Shown piece after piece: positions 37,519-46,435 of a stretch of DNA of 64,000 nucleotides. The notes beneath the pieces were generated by a model. The model searched no databases. It was not told the origin of the DNA and saw only the letters and a list, made by a program, of their open reading frames with translations. Each line of letters begins with the position of its first letter. Within the stretch, counting starts at the first letter, position 1. The DNA comes from Armatimonadota bacterium (lineage in GTDB: Bacteria; Sysuimicrobiota; Sysuimicrobiia; Sysuimicrobiales; Sysuimicrobiaceae): positions 80,284 through 144,283 of the forward strand of contig JANXCW010000003.1 of assembly GCA_025059775.1 (NCBI GenBank), given 5' to 3'. The position numbers and the translations under genes were made by a program.

Positions 37519-38274
37519 ATGCACCAGGAATACCGGGATCACGTGGTGGTGGAGCTCTTCGGAAAACGCATTCACGTGCTGGACCTTTCCCGGGAGATCG
37601 GGCCACACATCCCTGTCTATCCCGGCCACATGCGGGTGGCCACGTGGTGGCACCTGACCCACGAGGACGTCCGGAGGCTGCGTCTGCCGGCGGATTCCCC
37701 CTTCGGAGGATACGGGGTGTTCGGGATCGCCATGTGCGACCACATATCCACGCACGTGGACGCGGTCTACCACTTCAACCCCCAACGCCCGGAGAAGACC
37801 GTGGACCGAATCCCCCTGTCGCAGCTCATCACACCCGGAGTGTGGATCGATGTGAGCTGGGTGCCTCCCCGTCAGCACATCCGGCTTGCGGACGTGCAGC
37901 GAGCTCTGAGGGAAGCGCAGGTGGAGCTCCGCCCGGGCGTCACCCTCCTGTACTACACGGGAGCCGCACGGTACTGGGAAGATCCCTATCGGTTCCTGAC
38001 AGAGTACCCGGGCCTCGACGAGGAGGCCAGCCGCTGGATCCTGGATCAGGGAGTGGTCAACGTGTGCACGGACGCTCCCAGCACGGACAACCCCGCGGAC
38101 CTGAGCTATCCCAACCACAGGGTGCACGGGGAGCGGGAGGTGATCCACACGGAGATCGTGCACAACATCGAGCGCATCCCCCGACACGAGGGGTTCTACG
38201 TCATGTTCCTGCCCCTACGGTTCGTGGGGCTGTCGGGCTCCCCGGTGCGCGCTTTGGCCCTCTGGGAAGAGTAA
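37519..38274 (+). CDS. Cyclase-family protein (kynurenine formamidase / arylformamidase-like metal hydrolase)
   Basis: ATG 37519 after AGGAGGGAG. Cyclase-family His-rich motif region (..MCDHISTHVDAVYHF..) and later conserved HTE. Confidence 0.75.
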   Translation: MHQEYRDHVVVELFGKRIHVLDLSREIGPHIPVYPGHMRVATWWHLTHEDVRRLRLPADSPFGGYGVFGIAMCDHISTHVDAVYHFNPQRPEKTVDRIPLSQLITPGVWIDVSWVPPRQHIRLADVQRALREAQVELRPGVTLLYYTGAARYWEDPYRFLTEYPGLDEEASRWILDQGVVNVCTDAPSTDNPADLSYPNHRVHGEREVIHTEIVHNIERIPRHEGFYVMFLPLRFVGLSGSPVRALALWEE

Positions 38275-38298
38275 AATCAACGAAAGGAGGGGGTGGAG

Positions 38299-38481
38299 AT
38301 GCCTGTTATCCGCGTGAGCTCGTTCCCGCAGTCCAAGGAGACCCGCAAGGCCCTGGCGGAGGAGATCACGGAGGTAGTGCACCGCCACACCCAGGTTCCC
38401 AGGGAGTACATCTGGGTGATCTTCGATCCCGTCCCTCAGGAGAACTGGGCGGTGGCGGGTCGCCTGATCTCGGAGCAGTAA
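38299..38481 (+). CDS. 4-oxalocrotonate tautomerase-family protein (Pro-1 tautomerase)
   Basis: ATG 38299 gives an N-terminal M-PVIRVSSFP with the catalytic Pro at position 2. AAAGGAGGGGG RBS 6-8 nt upstream. ~60 aa, the family's typical size. Confidence 0.75.
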   Translation: MPVIRVSSFPQSKETRKALAEEITEVVHRHTQVPREYIWVIFDPVPQENWAVAGRLISEQ

Positions 38482-38499
38482 GCGGACTGCGCCGCGAAG

Positions 38500-39273
38500 G
38501 TGGATCCGAAAGGGACCGCGCGGTTCTCCCTGGAGGGCAAACGGGCCCTGGTGACGGGGGCGAGCCGGGGACTCGGGGAGGCCATCGCGGTGGGCCTCGC
38601 GGAGGCGGGAGCCCACGTCGCGGTAGCGGGGCGGAGTGGGGCGGACCTGGAACGGGTCGCCCGGCGGATCCAGGAGGTGGGACGACGAGCGGTGGTGGTG
38701 CAGGCGGACGTCACCAGGGTCCAGGACGTCCAGCGTATGGTGGCGGAGGCGGAGGAGCGACTGGGTCCTCTGCACATCCTGGTGAACAACGCGGGGATCA
38801 ACCTCCCGCGGCCCGCCCTGGAGGTCACGGAGGAGGAGTGGGACCTGGTCCTGGATACGAACCTCAAGGGCCTGTTCTTCGCGGCGCAGGCCGCGGGCCG
38901 GCGGATGGTGGAACGGCGCTACGGCCGCATCGTGAACATGGCCTCGCAGATGGGGTTCGTGGGATTCTACTTCCGGGCTGCGTACTGCGCCAGCAAGGCG
39001 GGGGTCGTGAACCTCACGCGGGTGCTCGCCGTAGAGTGGGCGCCGTATGGTGTGACGGTGAACGCAGTGGCGCCGACCTTTGTGGAGACCCCCATGACCC
39101 GGGGCATGCTAGAGGATCCCTGGTTCCGGGAGGAGGTGCTGCGCCGGATTCCCCTGGGCCGTTTGGCGGACCCTCAGGACGTGGTGGCCGCGGTCCTGTA
39201 TCTCGCCTCGGATGCCGCCGCCATGATTACGGGGCACACGCTCCTGGTGGATGGAGGCTGGGTCGCTTGGTGA
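38500..39273 (+). CDS. Short-chain dehydrogenase/reductase (SDR)
   Basis: KRALVTGASRGLGEAIAVGLAEAGAHV (TGxxxGxG), NNAG, catalytic YCASKAG. GTG 38500 start has a weak RBS. Confidence 0.8.
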   Translation: MDPKGTARFSLEGKRALVTGASRGLGEAIAVGLAEAGAHVAVAGRSGADLERVARRIQEVGRRAVVVQADVTRVQDVQRMVAEAEERLGPLHILVNNAGINLPRPALEVTEEEWDLVLDTNLKGLFFAAQAAGRRMVERRYGRIVNMASQMGFVGFYFRAAYCASKAGVVNLTRVLAVEWAPYGVTVNAVAPTFVETPMTRGMLEDPWFREEVLRRIPLGRLADPQDVVAAVLYLASDAAAMITGHTLLVDGGWVAW

Positions 39274-39283
39274 GGAGGAGGCC

Positions 39284-40561
39284 GTGCGGGAATACCTGAA
39301 GCGCGCTCTGCCGAAGGTGGAAGGGGACCGACGCACGGTGGAGGAGACGGTGCGCGGGATCCTGGAGGACGTGCGGCGGCGGGGGGAAGAGGCGGTGCGG
39401 GAGTACTCCCGCCGGTTCGATGGGTGGGATCCTCCGCGATTCCGGGTGACGGAGGAGGAGGTCCAGCGGGCCCGTCGGATCCTGCCGGGCCAACTTCTGG
39501 AAGACATCGAGTTCGCCGCGGAGCAGGTCCGGGCGTTTGCCCGCCTCCAACGGGAGACCCTGCAGCCCTTGGAGACCGAGATACGGCCTGGAGTGATCCT
39601 GGGACACCGACACATTCCCGTCGCTTCCGTGGGGTGCTACGTGCCAGGGGGACGGTACCCCCTCATCGCCTCCGCCCTCATGAGCATCATCACTCCCAAG
39701 GTGGCGGGGGTGGAACGGGTCGTGGCATGTGCCCCCCCACGGGGGGAGGGCATCTACCCCGCCACCCTGGTGGCCATGGCGGTGGCGGGAGCGGATGAGA
39801 TCTACTGCCTGGGCGGCGTACAGGCCCTTGCGGCCATGGCCTACGGGATCCCGGAGATCGAACCCGTGGACATGATCGTGGGCCCCGGTAACGCGTACGT
39901 GGTGGAGGCGAAGCGACAGCTGTTCGGGACCGTAGGCGTGGATCTCCTGGCGGGCCCCACGGAGATTCTCGTCATCGCGGACGATAGCGCGGACCCCCAC
40001 GTGGTGGCCGCGGATCTCCTGGGCCAGGCGGAGCACGGTCCGGACTCCCCGGCGGTGCTGGTGACCACGGATCGCCCTCTCGGCGTGCAGGTGCTGGAGG
40101 AGGTGGAGCGGCTCATTCCTCAACTGCCCACTCGCGAGATTGTCCAGGTCTCGTGGCGGGACCGCGGAGAGGTGATCTGGGTGGACTCCAGAGAGGAGGC
40201 GGTGGCGGTGGCGGACGAGTACGCACCGGAGCACCTGGAGGTTCAGACCCGCGACCCCTCCTGGTACCTGGAGCGGCTCCGGAACTACGGGACGCTCTTT
40301 TTGGGTGAGGAGTCCACGGTGGTGTACTCCGACAAGGCCATCGGCACCAACCACATCCTGCCCACGGGTCGCGCGGCCCGCTTCACGGGAGGGCTGTGGG
40401 TGGGGAAGTTCCTGAAGACGGTGACCTACCAGCGCCTGAGCCGGGAGGCCAGCGTGGAGATCGCCCGGCGGGCCGCGGGCATCTCGGAGGCGGAGGGGAT
40501 GATGGCCCACGCCTACACCGCGCGCTTGCGGATCGATCGGTACACGGAACCTGTGCCCTGA
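39284..40561 (+). CDS. Histidinol-dehydrogenase-family (HisD-like) NAD-dependent dehydrogenase, probably not in histidine biosynthesis
   Basis: GTG 39284 directly after GGTGAGGAGGAGG. HisD-fold signatures (..GCYVPGGRYPLIASALMSIITPKVAGV.., ..GPGNAYVVEAKRQLFGTVGVDLLAGPTE.., ..AEHGPDS..). An upstream in-frame ATG at 39251 would overlap the SDR by 23 nt. Confidence 0.75.
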   Translation: MREYLKRALPKVEGDRRTVEETVRGILEDVRRRGEEAVREYSRRFDGWDPPRFRVTEEEVQRARRILPGQLLEDIEFAAEQVRAFARLQRETLQPLETEIRPGVILGHRHIPVASVGCYVPGGRYPLIASALMSIITPKVAGVERVVACAPPRGEGIYPATLVAMAVAGADEIYCLGGVQALAAMAYGIPEIEPVDMIVGPGNAYVVEAKRQLFGTVGVDLLAGPTEILVIADDSADPHVVAADLLGQAEHGPDSPAVLVTTDRPLGVQVLEEVERLIPQLPTREIVQVSWRDRGEVIWVDSREEAVAVADEYAPEHLEVQTRDPSWYLERLRNYGTLFLGEESTVVYSDKAIGTNHILPTGRAARFTGGLWVGKFLKTVTYQRLSREASVEIARRAAGISEAEGMMAHAYTARLRIDRYTEPVP

Positions 40562-40588
40562 AGGCTGCATCGGGAAGGAGGGAGAGCG

Positions 40589-41029
40589 GTGGACATCCGG
40601 TCGCTGCAACACTGCAGCCTCGTGGTGCGGGACCTGGAACGCTCCCGGTGGTTCTACGGAACCGTCCTGGGGCTCGAGGAGATCCCGCGGCCCTCCACCT
40701 TCACCTTCCGGGGGGCATGGTTCCGGCGAGGGGGTGCGGAAGTACACCTCATCCTGGCGGAGGACACCACGGCTCCGCCGGGCTTTCCGGACGCGGGGAG
40801 CGCGAAGCGCACGGGTCTTGCCACCCATTTCGCCTTCGAGGTGGCGGACCTTGAGGCGGCCCGCGCGGAGCTCAGCCGGGCCGGGATCCCCATCGTGGGA
40901 GGTCCCATGCCGCGGGGCGATGGGGTGATGCAGATGTACGTGGAGGACCCGGACGGCTACCTAATTGAGCTCTTCCAGCGTACCCCCGAAGGGGTGGGAG
41001 GCCCGGAGCGGGGGGCGGTACGAGGATAG
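40589..41029 (+). CDS. VOC-family (glyoxalase/bleomycin-resistance/dioxygenase fold) protein, single domain
   Basis: GTG 40589 after GGGAAGGAGGGAGAG. LQHCSLVVRDLERSRWFYGTVLGLEEI... matches the VOC fold. Confidence 0.7.
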   Translation: MDIRSLQHCSLVVRDLERSRWFYGTVLGLEEIPRPSTFTFRGAWFRRGGAEVHLILAEDTTAPPGFPDAGSAKRTGLATHFAFEVADLEAARAELSRAGIPIVGGPMPRGDGVMQMYVEDPDGYLIELFQRTPEGVGGPERGAVRG

Positions 41030-41034
41030 GGGCC

Positions 41035-42264
41035 GTGCTCCGGAGGCCTCTGCGGGTCGCGGTCGCGGGGGGATCCCTGGGGGGACTCAACGCGGGGCTG
41101 TGGCTCCGCTCCATCGGCTGTGCGGTCACCGTTTACGAGCGCTCCTTGCACCTCCTGGAGGGTCGAGGAGTTGGGATCGTCCTGCATCCTGCCACCGTCC
41201 GGTACCTGGTGCGCCACGGGATGGCGCTTCCCTCGTTTGCGGCAGCGGTAGGTAAGCTACGGTATCTGGACCGCGCGGGTACGGTGGTCCACGAGAGTCC
41301 CTGCCGCTACTGGTTCGCCTCGTACTCCTCCCTGTACCGTGCGTTCCTTGGGTTTTTCGGGCGGGAGCGGTACCGCCTGGGCTGTGAGGTCTTGGCTTAC
41401 GAGGAACGGAGGGACGGAGTCCGGGTGCGGCTGGCGGACGGGACCGAGAAAAGCGCGGATCTTCTCGTGTGGGCGGACGGCGTCCGATCCACAGGCCGTG
41501 GGTGGATCGCGCCCGGAACTTCCTTCCGTTATGCGGGATACCTGGCCTGGCGGGGAACCGTGGGGCCGGGAGAGGTTTCTCCCCAGACCTTCGCGTGGCT
41601 GTCGGAGTCCATCACGTACTTCCTCCTGCAGCCCGGCCACGCCCTGGCTTACCCCATCGTGCAGGCGGATGAGGCCCGGGGAGCGGGCAGCCGGATCAAC
41701 TGGGTATGGTACTGGAACGTGGAGGCTGCCCATCTGGACGCGTTCATGACGGATCGGGCGGGCAATCGGCAGCCCGTCTCGGTTCCTCCGGGAAGCGTTC
41801 GGGAGAACTTGGTGGAGCAGCTGCGGGAGCGGGCGCGTTTGGAGCTCCCGCCGCAGCTGGCGGAGGTGGTTGTCGGGACTGTCCGGCCGTTCCTTCAGCT
41901 CATCGGCGACGTGGAGGTCGGGCGCATGGCCGACAGACGGACCTGCCTGATCGGAGACGCGGCCTTCGTGGCCCGACCGCACATCGCCGCGGGCACCGCG
42001 AAGGCCGCGGAGGACGCGTGGCAGCTCAGCCAGTTCCTGAGCCAGTGCCGGGGGGATGTGGAGGCGGCCTTAGAGCTCTGGGAGCCCCGACAGCGGGACC
42101 TGGGTGCGCGTGTGGTGGCCCGCTCCCGGGAGGTGGGCCAGCGGATGCAGGTGGAGGGCACGTGGCCCGTGGGGGCCCCCCTGCCTTATGGTCTGTACGA
42201 GCCGGGGGATAGCGAGTTCCAGGACGGGGGGGAGTCCGGGATCCGGCAGGGGAGGGGAGCATGA
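41035..42264 (+). CDS. Class A FAD-dependent aromatic-ring monooxygenase (salicylate / hydroxypyridine hydroxylase-like)
   Basis: GTG 41035. N-terminal RVAVAGGSLGGLNAGLWLRSIGCAVTVYER (GxGxxG), DG motif (LLVWADGVRS), C-terminal GD..H FAD contact (LIGDAAFVARPHIAAGTAKAAEDA). Confidence 0.8.
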   Translation: MLRRPLRVAVAGGSLGGLNAGLWLRSIGCAVTVYERSLHLLEGRGVGIVLHPATVRYLVRHGMALPSFAAAVGKLRYLDRAGTVVHESPCRYWFASYSSLYRAFLGFFGRERYRLGCEVLAYEERRDGVRVRLADGTEKSADLLVWADGVRSTGRGWIAPGTSFRYAGYLAWRGTVGPGEVSPQTFAWLSESITYFLLQPGHALAYPIVQADEARGAGSRINWVWYWNVEAAHLDAFMTDRAGNRQPVSVPPGSVRENLVEQLRERARLELPPQLAEVVVGTVRPFLQLIGDVEVGRMADRRTCLIGDAAFVARPHIAAGTAKAAEDAWQLSQFLSQCRGDVEAALELWEPRQRDLGARVVARSREVGQRMQVEGTWPVGAPLPYGLYEPGDSEFQDGGESGIRQGRGA

Positions 42265-43094
42265 GCGCACGGCGGTTCTCCCCAGTGACGCGGCTGGTGG
42301 GTCTGGTGTTCGCAAGCCCGGATCCTGCCAGACAGGTGCGGTTCTACCGCACCGTGATGGGCTTCGCCGCCCTCGGACCGAACCGGGTAGCGGCCGGCCC
42401 TGCACCCTGCTTTCTGGAGTTCCAGCCCGCTCCGGAGCCCGCCCTCCTGTGCACGGTGTATGAGGTGGAGGATCTGCGGGAGGCCCGCGGGCACCTAGAG
42501 GCCGCGGGGGTTCCCTACGAGGAGAGACCGGAGGGCCTGGCCCTGGAGGACGTGGAGGGGCGTCGGTTGGTACTGCAGCCCCCGCAGGAGGTTCCGGATC
42601 CTACCCCGCTGGCCTATCCGGGGCCATATCTACAGCACGTGACCTACACCACCCGGAACCCCGTGGGGGTGGCGGAGTGGTACGAGCGGGCTTTGGGGTT
42701 CCGGGTGTCCGACTGGCAGGGTCGCAACTTCGTGTGGCTCCGCTGCGGCCCCCCGCACCACGTGATGGCCGCGGTACGTGGACCGGAGGTGGGCCTGGAC
42801 CACTATGCCCTCGAGGTGGCTAGTTGGGAGGACATGAAGCGGTGGGCGGACCACCTGGCGACCCGTGGGATTCCCCTCATCTGGGGACCGGGCCGCCACG
42901 GGCCCGGTAACAACCTCTTCCTGTTCTTCCACGACGCGGACCGGAACCGGGTGGAGCTGTCCGCGGAGCTGGAGCGGTTCTACGACGAGCGGGCCCACTA
43001 CCCGCCCCGGGAGTGGCCTGATAGCCGCTGGGCCGCCAACCAGTGGGGCCCGCAGCCGGATTGGCGAAGGCCGGAGGGAGGCCCGGTGGAGTAG
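42261..43094 (+). CDS. Two-domain VOC-family extradiol ring-cleavage dioxygenase-like protein
   Basis: ATGA overlap. Two tandem VOC modules, the second with the HHVMAAV...HYALEV...GPGRHGPGNNLFLFFHDADRNRVELS pattern of catechol-2,3-dioxygenase-like enzymes. Confidence 0.7.
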   Translation: MSARRFSPVTRLVGLVFASPDPARQVRFYRTVMGFAALGPNRVAAGPAPCFLEFQPAPEPALLCTVYEVEDLREARGHLEAAGVPYEERPEGLALEDVEGRRLVLQPPQEVPDPTPLAYPGPYLQHVTYTTRNPVGVAEWYERALGFRVSDWQGRNFVWLRCGPPHHVMAAVRGPEVGLDHYALEVASWEDMKRWADHLATRGIPLIWGPGRHGPGNNLFLFFHDADRNRVELSAELERFYDERAHYPPREWPDSRWAANQWGPQPDWRRPEGGPVE

Positions 43095-43136
43095 GAGCAT
43101 CGGAGCGTAACGAGGACGTCGACCTAGCGTGGTAGG

Positions 43137-43658
43137 ATGACAGGAGTAAACGGGGAACGGTCGATGGATGCTCCCACCTTCCGTCGGATCATGGGGCAGT
43201 TCGCCACGGGGGTGACCATCCTCGCGGCGAGAGCGGGGAACGTGATACACGGCATGACCGCCAATGCCTTTACCTCCGTGTCCCTCCATCCCCCTCTCGT
43301 GCTCGTGTGCGTGGCGAACGCCTCCCGGACAAAGCAGGTGCTGGACAGGGCGGGCTGGTTTGCGGTAAGCATTCTGGCCGGTGACCAGGGGGAGGTGGCG
43401 CGGATCTTCTCGAACCCGGACCTGGACGGAACGCAGCGCTTCGCCCGGGTGCGGTGGCGGGCAGGGCAGAGCGGGGCCCCTATCATCGAGGATTGTCTCG
43501 CCTACCTGGAGTCCCGGGTCGTGGCCACCTACGAGGCCGGTGACCACACCGTGTACCTGGGGGAGGTGGAGCGGGGGGAGGTCGTCCGGCCGGAGGGAGC
43601 GCCCCTCGTCTTCTTTCGCGGGGACTACGGGATCCTGAACGGGAGGGGGGAAGCATGA
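43137..43658 (+). CDS. NAD(P)H-dependent flavin reductase (HpaC/RutF-like)
   Basis: FRRIMGQFATGVTILAARAGNVIHGMTANAFTSVSLHPPLVLVCV matches Flavin_Reduct. An alternative ATG at 43164 is in frame. Confidence 0.8.
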   Translation: MTGVNGERSMDAPTFRRIMGQFATGVTILAARAGNVIHGMTANAFTSVSLHPPLVLVCVANASRTKQVLDRAGWFAVSILAGDQGEVARIFSNPDLDGTQRFARVRWRAGQSGAPIIEDCLAYLESRVVATYEAGDHTVYLGEVERGEVVRPEGAPLVFFRGDYGILNGRGEA

Positions 43659-44878
43659 AGGTGTTCGTCTTCGATCTCCTGCCCTATGCGGAGCACCTGG
43701 ACCATCTGAAGAGAGGAGACGAGCTGCCGTGGCCGCTGCCGAGGAGGTACTTTAAGCCTGAAGTGGCGGTCCGCACGTACGAGGAGCACCTGGAGGCGTG
43801 GGAGGAGATGGAGCGGCTGGGCTACGACGGGGTGGGGTTCAACGAGCACCACACCTCCCCGTACGGCCTCATGAACTCTCCCAACCTCATGGCCGCGGCC
43901 CTGAGCCAGCGCACCAAGCGCCTACGCATGCTGATCTACGCGAACCTCCTGCCCCTCCACAACCCCCTCCGGCTCGCGGAGGAGATCGCCATGCTCGATT
44001 GCCTCACAAACGGCCGGATCATCGCGGGGATCGCCCGAGGTATTCCCCGGGAGTACCGGGTGTACAACATCCCCTATGCGGAGTCCCGGGAGCGGTTCGA
44101 GGAGGCGTGGGAGATCCTGCGGGGCCTGTGGACGGAGGAGATCTTCAGCTACGAGGGGAAGTACTGGACCTTCAAGGATGTGGCCATCTGGCCGAGGCCG
44201 GTCCAGCAGCCTCACCCTCCCGTGTGGGTGCCCGTGACCACCAGCAAGGAGACCATCGAATTCGCGGCCAAGTACAACCTGCCCATTACCCCGGGGCTTG
44301 GGGGCCGCGGGAGTCGGGGGCTACAACAGGACATCATCCGGTACTACGCGGCCCAACTGGCGGTCCACGGGCGTCGGATCACCCCGGAGCACCTGGTCAT
44401 TAGCGTGGACGTGTACGTAGCCGACAGCAAGGAACAGGCCTTCCGGGAGGCGGCACCGTACGCCCTGTACTTCTACCGGACGCTCTTCAGCCACGGGAAC
44501 GTGACGGACACCCGGGTGCAGCGGGAGATGGGGTACGTGAGCAAACATGCCCACGACTACATCCGGCCCGAGAACCGGACAGCGGCCCTCATGGAGCGGG
44601 AGTGGTACCGGGGGATGACCCCCGAGCGGCTCCGGCAGCATGTGGAGCACCTCCCCTGGGGAAGTCCGGAGGAGGTGCGGGAACGGATCCTCGAGGAGGC
44701 GGAGGCCCTGGGGGCGAACACCGTCCTCGTGCACATGAACCGGGGGGCCATGCCCCACGAGATGTTCTTAAACCAGCTCCGGCGTTTCGCCCGGGAGGTG
44801 CTGCCCGCCCTCCACGCCCATGAGGTACAGAAGGTGCCGTTGGAGGAAGAAGAAGTACCGGCCTCACGAAGGGAATAG
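43655..44878 (+). CDS. LLM-class (luciferase-like) flavin-dependent monooxygenase
   Basis: ATGA overlap with the flavin reductase. GYDGVGFNEHHTSPYGLMNSPNLMAAAL... matches the bacterial-luciferase-like TIM barrel. Confidence 0.85.
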   Translation: MKVFVFDLLPYAEHLDHLKRGDELPWPLPRRYFKPEVAVRTYEEHLEAWEEMERLGYDGVGFNEHHTSPYGLMNSPNLMAAALSQRTKRLRMLIYANLLPLHNPLRLAEEIAMLDCLTNGRIIAGIARGIPREYRVYNIPYAESRERFEEAWEILRGLWTEEIFSYEGKYWTFKDVAIWPRPVQQPHPPVWVPVTTSKETIEFAAKYNLPITPGLGGRGSRGLQQDIIRYYAAQLAVHGRRITPEHLVISVDVYVADSKEQAFREAAPYALYFYRTLFSHGNVTDTRVQREMGYVSKHAHDYIRPENRTAALMEREWYRGMTPERLRQHVEHLPWGSPEEVRERILEEAEALGANTVLVHMNRGAMPHEMFLNQLRRFAREVLPALHAHEVQKVPLEEEEVPASRRE

Positions 44879-44905
44879 CGAACAAACCCATAGGGGGTGA
44901 GGGGG

Positions 44906-46429
44906 ATGCGGAAGCGAATAATGGCCATTGCCGTCCTGCTCCCGCTCGCGTTGGGGGCGGTCAGTTTCGGGGGTCCGGCGGAGCCGGACACCCTCGTGAT
45001 CGTCTTTCCTTCCCATCAGACCACCCTGGACGGCCACTTCGCGGTCACCACCCAGGACATGCTGGTGGTCCGCAACGTGTACAACGCCCTCCTGAAGTAC
45101 AAGCCGGATAGCACGGAGCTTACGGGGGATCTGGCGGAGCGGTGGGAGGTCTCCCCGGACGGGCTTGTGTACACCTTCCGGCTGCGGCGGAACGTGACCT
45201 GGCAGAAGGGGTACGGACGCCTGACCGCGCAGGATGTGAAGGCCTCCTTCGACCGGCTGCGGGATCCGGAGACCCGATCCCCCTTCGCGGGGCTGCTTTC
45301 CATGGTGCGGGAGATCCGGATCCTCGACCCCTATACCGTCCGGTTCGTGCTGAGCGAGCCGTATGCCCCATTCCTGCACCTACTGACCAATTACCGGGTG
45401 GGTCCCGTGGTGAACGCCCGGGCGGCCCGGGAGCGGGGCACGGCCTTCGCGTGGGATCCCGTGGGCACCGGACCGTATGAGGTGGAGCGAGCTGTCCCCC
45501 GCACGGAGGTGGTCCTCCGGGCCTTCGACCAGCACTTCGGCGGACGCCCCCGCATCCGACGCATCATCACCCGAACGGTCCCGGATCTGAACGCCATGGT
45601 GGTGGGGCTGGAGAACGGGCAGTACCACATGCTGTACAGCATCCAGGCCCTGGACGAGACGGTGATCAAGCGCCTGCGGGAGCGGGGGTTCGCGGTGACC
45701 TACTACAGCCGGAACCTCCCCCGGGTGATCCTCATGAACGTCACAAAAAAGCCCCTGGACGACCTACGGGTACGACGGGCCATCGCCCACGCCATCAACC
45801 GGCAGCAGATCATCGCCCTCAGCATGGCGGGCTACGGCCGGCCGTGGTACTCGCCCGTTCCGGAGGGGTACTTCGCAGCCACCACGCAGGTGCCGCGGTA
45901 TGAGTACAGCCCGGACAAGGCCCGGCAGCTGTTGGCGGAGGCCGGCTACCGGGACGGCCTGGATCTCCCCATGCAGGTCTTCGACGTCATGAAGGTGACC
46001 TCGGATGTGATCGCGGAGCAGCTGCGGCGGGTGGGCATCCGGGTCCAGCAGGAGGTCCTGGATCAGCCCACCTTCATCCAGCGGGTCCTGCGGCGGGACG
46101 GCAGCATCTCCTTCGCGGTGCACTGCTGCGTGCGCCAGCCGGATCCGGACTTCTACCTCTCGGACGTCTTCAGCCGGTCCAAGGGCGGCGCCATCTACAT
46201 CAGCGGCCTGGATCTGGAGCCGGAGCTGGCGGCCGCGCGGCGGGAGACGAACGTGGAGAAGCGGCGGCAGATGTACGTGGCCCTCCAACGGAAGATCATG
46301 GAGAACGTGTGGATGATCCCGCTCGTGATGGAGTTCGACCGCAACGTGCACGTGCCCAATCTCCGGGGCCTACCGCGCAGGGTGGAGGCCCTGTGGGGCC
46401 TGGATCTCTCGCGGCTGTTCTTCGAGTGA
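44906..46429 (+). CDS. ABC transporter substrate-binding protein, family 5 (oligopeptide/nickel/opine type)
   Basis: ATG 44906 after GGGGGTGAGGGGG. Signal peptide (IMAIAVLLPLALGAVSF). SBP_bac_5 pattern (..YTFRLRRNVTWQKGYG.. DVKASFDRLRDP..). Confidence 0.85.
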   Translation: MRKRIMAIAVLLPLALGAVSFGGPAEPDTLVIVFPSHQTTLDGHFAVTTQDMLVVRNVYNALLKYKPDSTELTGDLAERWEVSPDGLVYTFRLRRNVTWQKGYGRLTAQDVKASFDRLRDPETRSPFAGLLSMVREIRILDPYTVRFVLSEPYAPFLHLLTNYRVGPVVNARAARERGTAFAWDPVGTGPYEVERAVPRTEVVLRAFDQHFGGRPRIRRIITRTVPDLNAMVVGLENGQYHMLYSIQALDETVIKRLRERGFAVTYYSRNLPRVILMNVTKKPLDDLRVRRAIAHAINRQQIIALSMAGYGRPWYSPVPEGYFAATTQVPRYEYSPDKARQLLAEAGYRDGLDLPMQVFDVMKVTSDVIAEQLRRVGIRVQQEVLDQPTFIQRVLRRDGSISFAVHCCVRQPDPDFYLSDVFSRSKGGAIYISGLDLEPELAAARRETNVEKRRQMYVALQRKIMENVWMIPLVMEFDRNVHVPNLRGLPRRVEALWGLDLSRLFFE

Positions 46430-46435
46430 CCGAGG

